A stretch of DNA of 36,589 nt from Octopus sinensis (Eukaryota): positions 1-36,589 of the forward strand of contig NW_021824669.1 in assembly GCF_006345805.1 (NCBI RefSeq). Direction: 5' to 3'. Made by a program: the position numbers and the translations under genes. This document shows positions 31,718 through 36,589 of the stretch, one piece after another (position 1 is the stretch's first letter; each line of letters starts with the position of its first letter). A model generated the notes under the pieces. That model saw nothing but the letters and a program-made list of their open reading frames with translations, had not been told where the DNA came from and made no database searches.

Positions 31718-33030
31718 TCAATATTTATGAAGCTGAAATTCAAAAAATTTGTTTGTCTCATTTTGGGATTTGAATGGTTTAAGGGGCAGTAGATGGGGGT
31801 CAGATTGGCTCCAAAACTTACAGGGACATGTAAAACGGGCGAGGAAGTGACTGGACTAGGTTAGAAACCTTTATCTCAAAAGCAGTGGTTACTAGGGCAA
31901 CAAAACCCAGACTTTGAGAAGTGTTTGTCGTTTCTCTCTTTTGGATATCACCCTGTCTTCCTCAGTCTCTCTCTTTCCTTCCTTCCCTCCACATTTCATC
32001 AATATCTATAAGGCTGAACTGTGAAAAAGTTGTTTGATTTCTTGGTTGTTTGTCTCATTTGGGGACGGGAACGGTTTAAGGGGCAGTAGATGGGGTTGGA
32101 TTGGTGCCAAAATTTATACTGGGAGGTAAAATGGGGTGGGCAATGGTGTGAGGAGGGTTGCAAGTAGCTTGGGGCTACCGTTTGGTTGCCATGGTGAGGA
32201 ATATGGGAAAAATTTAGTTTTATGGGATAGACAGGTTGTGCTGTTTGAATAATGGTGGCTTTTTGTGTTGCTGCAGGGGCTAGAGGCGGTTATTTTTAAT
32301 TGTTGGTGTAAAAATTAGGGGGATTTTGGAAAGGGGGGTAACATTTTTCAACTTTTAAAAAGAGTACATTTTTGCCCTATTTTTAGATTTAATTTTTTTC
32401 TTTTTGCATTATTTGGTTGACATGGGTAAAAATGGCATTGTGTTAAAGGCCAAAATTTTAGCTTTCATTTGCATCATGAACTGTCAAAATATACCAGAAA
32501 AAAGTATCAAATTTCACAAAATTTTAAGTAATTTTGAATTATTTTTGTGATTTTACGTGCACAGATAAGAGAAAGTGAGGGAGGGTCCGAGAGAAAGGAA
32601 GAGTAAGAGAGTGGGAAAGTGAGAGAGAAACAAAGCGGGAGAATGTGGCGATAAGAAACAGAAAGTAACAACCACACCCTCACCCATGCATAGAGCGGGT
32701 CACCTTAAGCTAATCTATATATATGAAACTGAGAATGTGTGTGCGTGTGTGTCTATCTGTCTATGTGCCTGTATGTGTGCATCACTAAAACTCGAGAACT
32801 ACCAACTGATTTCATTCAAATTTTACACATGCCTTATTTAGGGTCCATGCAGTGTCATGGGCCAAAAGAATTTTCCACTTCTTGCCTAATGCAAGCCCAG
32901 AGCATTCTCTTAGCTCTTACACTATTTCCGTATTACATAACAAAAGTGAAACAATAACATCTCTATTGTAATGTGAGATAATACTTTCTGTTTCAATACT
33001 ATCACTATTAATACTCAAACTATTTTCTCA
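31718..33030 (+). mobile_element. Head-to-tail cluster of non-autonomous Helitron-like elements
   Basis: Three TC-initiated 5' ends at 31718, 31999 and 32714 resemble 11736. The first two share a ~130-bp direct repeat. A 3' hairpin CCC..GGG at 32683-32699 and CTAA at 32710-32713 directly precede the third start. Confidence 0.6.
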
Positions 33031-33097
33031 CGTATATACATGCATACATACATACATATATATATATATATATGCGTGTGTGTGTGTGTATATATAT

Positions 33098-34955
33098 ATC
33101 ATCATCATCATCATCGTTTAATGTACGCTTTCCATGCTAGCATGGGTTGGACGATTTTGACTGAGGGCTGGTGAACCAGATGGTTGCACCAGGCTCCAAT
33201 CATGATTTGGCAGAGTTTCTACAGCTGGATGCCCTTCCTAACGCCAACCACTCCGAGAGTGTAGTGGGTGCTTTTTACATGCCACCGGCACGGCTTCCAG
33301 TCAGGCGGTACTGGCAACGACCTCGCTCGAATCCTTTTACACATGCCACCAGCACAGGTGCCAGTAAGGCGACTTTGGTAACGATCACGCTCAAATGGTG
33401 CCCTTTTATGTGTCACTGGCACGGAAGCCAGTTGGCTGCTCTGGCAACGATCATGCTCTGATGGTGCTCTTGGCACCCTACTAGCACGGGCACAAGTACC
33501 TGTAAGGCGACGTTGGTAACGATCACGCTCGAATGGTGCCCTTTTACGTGCCACTGGCATGGAAGCCAGTTGGCTGCTCTGGCAACGATCACACTCGGAT
33601 GGTGCTCTTGGCACCCTACTAGCATGGGCACAAGTGCCAGTAAGGCGACGCTGGTAATGATCATGCTCGAATGGTGCCCTTTAAGTTCCACTGGCACGGA
33701 AGCCGGTTAGCTGCTCTGTCAATGATCACGCTCGTATGGTGCTCTTTGCACCCGGCCAGCATTTGATTTTGATTTTGCTTTTGATTGATTTGATTTCACT
33801 TGCCTCAACAGGTCTTCGCAAGAAGAGTTTTAGTGTTCAAAGAAGGAAAAGGTTATGCATAAGTAGGCTGGTTACGCTTCTGGCATAGGCCATGAGATTA
33901 TGGTTTCATTTGGCTTGCCGGGTCTTCTCACACACGGCATATTTCCAAAGGTCTTGGTCTCTAGTCATTTCCTTGGTGAGACCTAAAGTTCGAAGGTTGT
34001 GCTTCACCACTTCATCCACAGGTTCCCTCAACTGCTAGGGAGTGGCACTTTTCACACAGCTGTCCTCGTCCATTCTTGCCACATGACCATACCAGCGCAG
34101 CTGTCTCTTTTGCACACCACATCTGATGCTTTTAGGTCCAACTTTTCTCTCAAGGTACTTACACTCTGTCGAGTATGCACACTGACATTACACATCCATC
34201 GGATCATACTGGCTTCATTCCTTGCGAGCTTACGCATGTCCTCAGCAGTCACAGCCCATGTTTCACTGCCATGTAGCATGGCTGTTCGTACACAAGCATC
34301 ATACAGTCTACCTTTTACTCTGAGCAAGAGGCCCTTTGTCGCCAGCAGAGGTAAGAGCTCTCTGAACTTTGCCCAAGCTATTCTTATTCTAGCAGCTACA
34401 CTTTCAGCGTACCCACCTCCGCTACTGACTTGGTCCCCTAGGTAACGGAAGCTATCAACTACTTCTAGTTTTTCTCCCTGGAATGTGGCGGAAGTTGGTC
34501 TCTGTGCATTTTCAGTGTTTATTATTCCTGAGCATCTGCCACATACCAAAACTTTCTTCCCAGTTAGCCTCCCTTTGATATTACTGCACCTCTTATGTGT
34601 CCATAGCTTACACTGGGTACATCTTATAGAGTTTCTACCTACACCTCTACTTTAGATTGAGCAGGGCCATCTACCCGAAGGGATTTGTGGTTTGCCTGCC
34701 TTCCTACATATTAGGACTTTGGCTTTAGCTAGGTTGATTCTAAGGCCCTTCGATTCTAATCCTTGTTTCCACACTTGAAACTTTGCCTCTTGTTCTGATA
34801 GTGACTCAGCAATTAGAGCAAGGTCATCAGGATACAGGAGCTCCCAGGGGCATCCTGTCTTGAATTCCTCCATTATTGCTTGGAGGACTATGATAAATAG
34901 GAGGGGGCTGACAACTGAACCTTGGTGGACCCCTACGTCTACCCTGAACTCTTCA
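33098..34955 (-). mobile_element. 5'-truncated RTE LINE (~1.85 kb) with RT motif, C-terminus, repeat-containing 3' UTR and (TGA)n tail
   Basis: VGVHQGSVVSPLLFIIVLQ, ELLYPDDLAL, LEVVDSFRYLGD, MLHGSETW. Short deletion near 34020. Flanked by TA-rich microsatellite. Confidence 0.92.
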
Positions 34956-36589
34956 ATATGTATATATGTGTATATACATATGTATTTGTATGACTATCTA
35001 AAATGGTCTGAAAACCATCTGCTGATATGCCCCCTCCCCTGCATCAAATCACAGCTGACCTGTGAAAAAACAAAGCACATACAAGTTTGTTCAATAATGT
35101 TTACAACATTAGCGCTGCTTCTAATTCATATTTGGGCATACCAGCAGATGGTTTTTACTCCATTTTACATATAGTCATGGACAGGCTGTTCAATTTACCT
35201 CCAGTTTGGGTATGTGATGTTGGCAATTTCCAAAGTTACCTAAGACATGGAATTTTTCATCTTAACAAGTATCCATTTTGTCTGACAAATTTATTGAGTT
35301 TTCTGAATTATTTTCAACCATATTAGAAAATCCAGATGATTGGAGTGCTTCAGAATTAGCACAGGCAAGGGATTCATTATAATCCTAGAGATTTTTCAAT
35401 TTAAATTTTCTTGTGGTTTTTGGAATCATGTTTACAAGGAGAAAAATATTGCAAAATATCAATAGATGTCATAGTGACAAAGAAACGAGTACAGCAGCTG
35501 ATAGTCATGGAATGTACATGAAACAACAGCTAAATCTCCCTTAAATCACACACCTTTTCATCTGATAATTATTTTGAAATTATAAACAGAAACAAATTGC
35601 AGATTTGGTGTGTAGTAGAAAACTATTTTGAAAAATCCCCATCTTGTGTCAAAATTGCCCGGCAAACCCGTATTCTGTGCAGGCTTTTAAGTAAGCTCCC
35701 GCAGAGAGCTAATTGGGTCTGCAGCCTAAATAGCATGACTATAGTACATCGGTATGACTATATATGCCCCGGTGGTGTTTGATCAGAGGTTAAAGACGGA
35801 TGAGAATTAATTCTGTAATGCAATCACTCTATTGTTCCAGTCTCAAGTTGAATTCCAATTGCTGGCGAATGTGTCACAAAACTTTCATCTTAAAGTAAAA
35901 TTAACGTAGTGAATGTCATTACCCCCCTCCCCCGATCTCTGACAAACTCCAAGCAAGATGACATGAATCAGCCGAGCTTTACCTGCTAGAAATAGCAACC
36001 CAAGTGCCTTTAAACTAGATTCCAATACTGGATGCTCAAGAACCAAACGAAGGGTAGATTTTCAATCCCAGGATCATCCTGATTAAAAAGAAAATGTCAA
36101 TGGAGAGCAAATGTAGACTGAGATAGAGGTCCCAGACAGACAGACAGAATTTCGCTTTTATTATTATTGTTATAATACATATATATTATTTGAAACAGTT
36201 TGATACGGCCCCATGCGACTTGGAGCCTGTGAAACTATAATACGCGGGGAGCCAAATGAAACTGTTTTAAATAATACTCTAAGTAACTCCTACTAAACGA
36301 GTGCCTTTTTCTTTCGCTTGTCTACTAACACGTGTGTGCATATATTTATGAATATATACCCCGGCATGGCCGCAGTTAGATGTAAAAAAAAAAGCAAAAG
36401 AGATATAAACACGTGTATTCAAATTTGTTTATAAGCAGTAATGACGACATAGCCTGTAAGGGGGATAACTCTATTATCCCGTCTGTGTCCAGTAGCGCCA
36501 CCTATGTGATTTCCTCAGCAAACAACAAAACCTGAACGAAGTTGTTTTGTGAACGAAGTAGTTTTGTTTTCTTTTTCGAAAGTCTTTAA

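Overview
Repeat-dominated, AT-rich animal genomic DNA with no prokaryotic features. It is most likely octopus (cephalopod); this is inferred from my recognition of the SINE and RTE families, not from a database search. No complete host gene is evident: there is one candidate coding exon at 7285-7578 (-) and one CCHC zinc-knuckle ORF at about 30590-31319. The core of the window is a ~9.6-kb cluster (13.1-22.7 kb) of three different Penelope-like retroelement (PLE) segments, two of which keep RT plus GIY-YIG coding sequence. Each segment carries its own type I hammerhead ribozyme (HHR): an intact minus-strand HHR at 13399-13474, an HHR with a G5A core mutation at 17003-17088, and an intact HHR with a ~80-nt stem II at 22268-22378. 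The 3' half of a fourth HHR sits at the window edge. The third PLE has a perfect 66-bp inverted repeat 5.3 kb apart, although its single reading frame carries four TAA/TAG stops. The rest of the window is RTE LINE fragments (one nested, with a TSD; 3' UTRs with VNTRs), a CR1/L2-type LINE 3' end that shares its tail with a SINE family, tRNA-derived SINEs, an IR/DR Tc1 transposon, non-autonomous Helitron-like elements and microsatellites. All RNA structures were paired by eye; none were computed.
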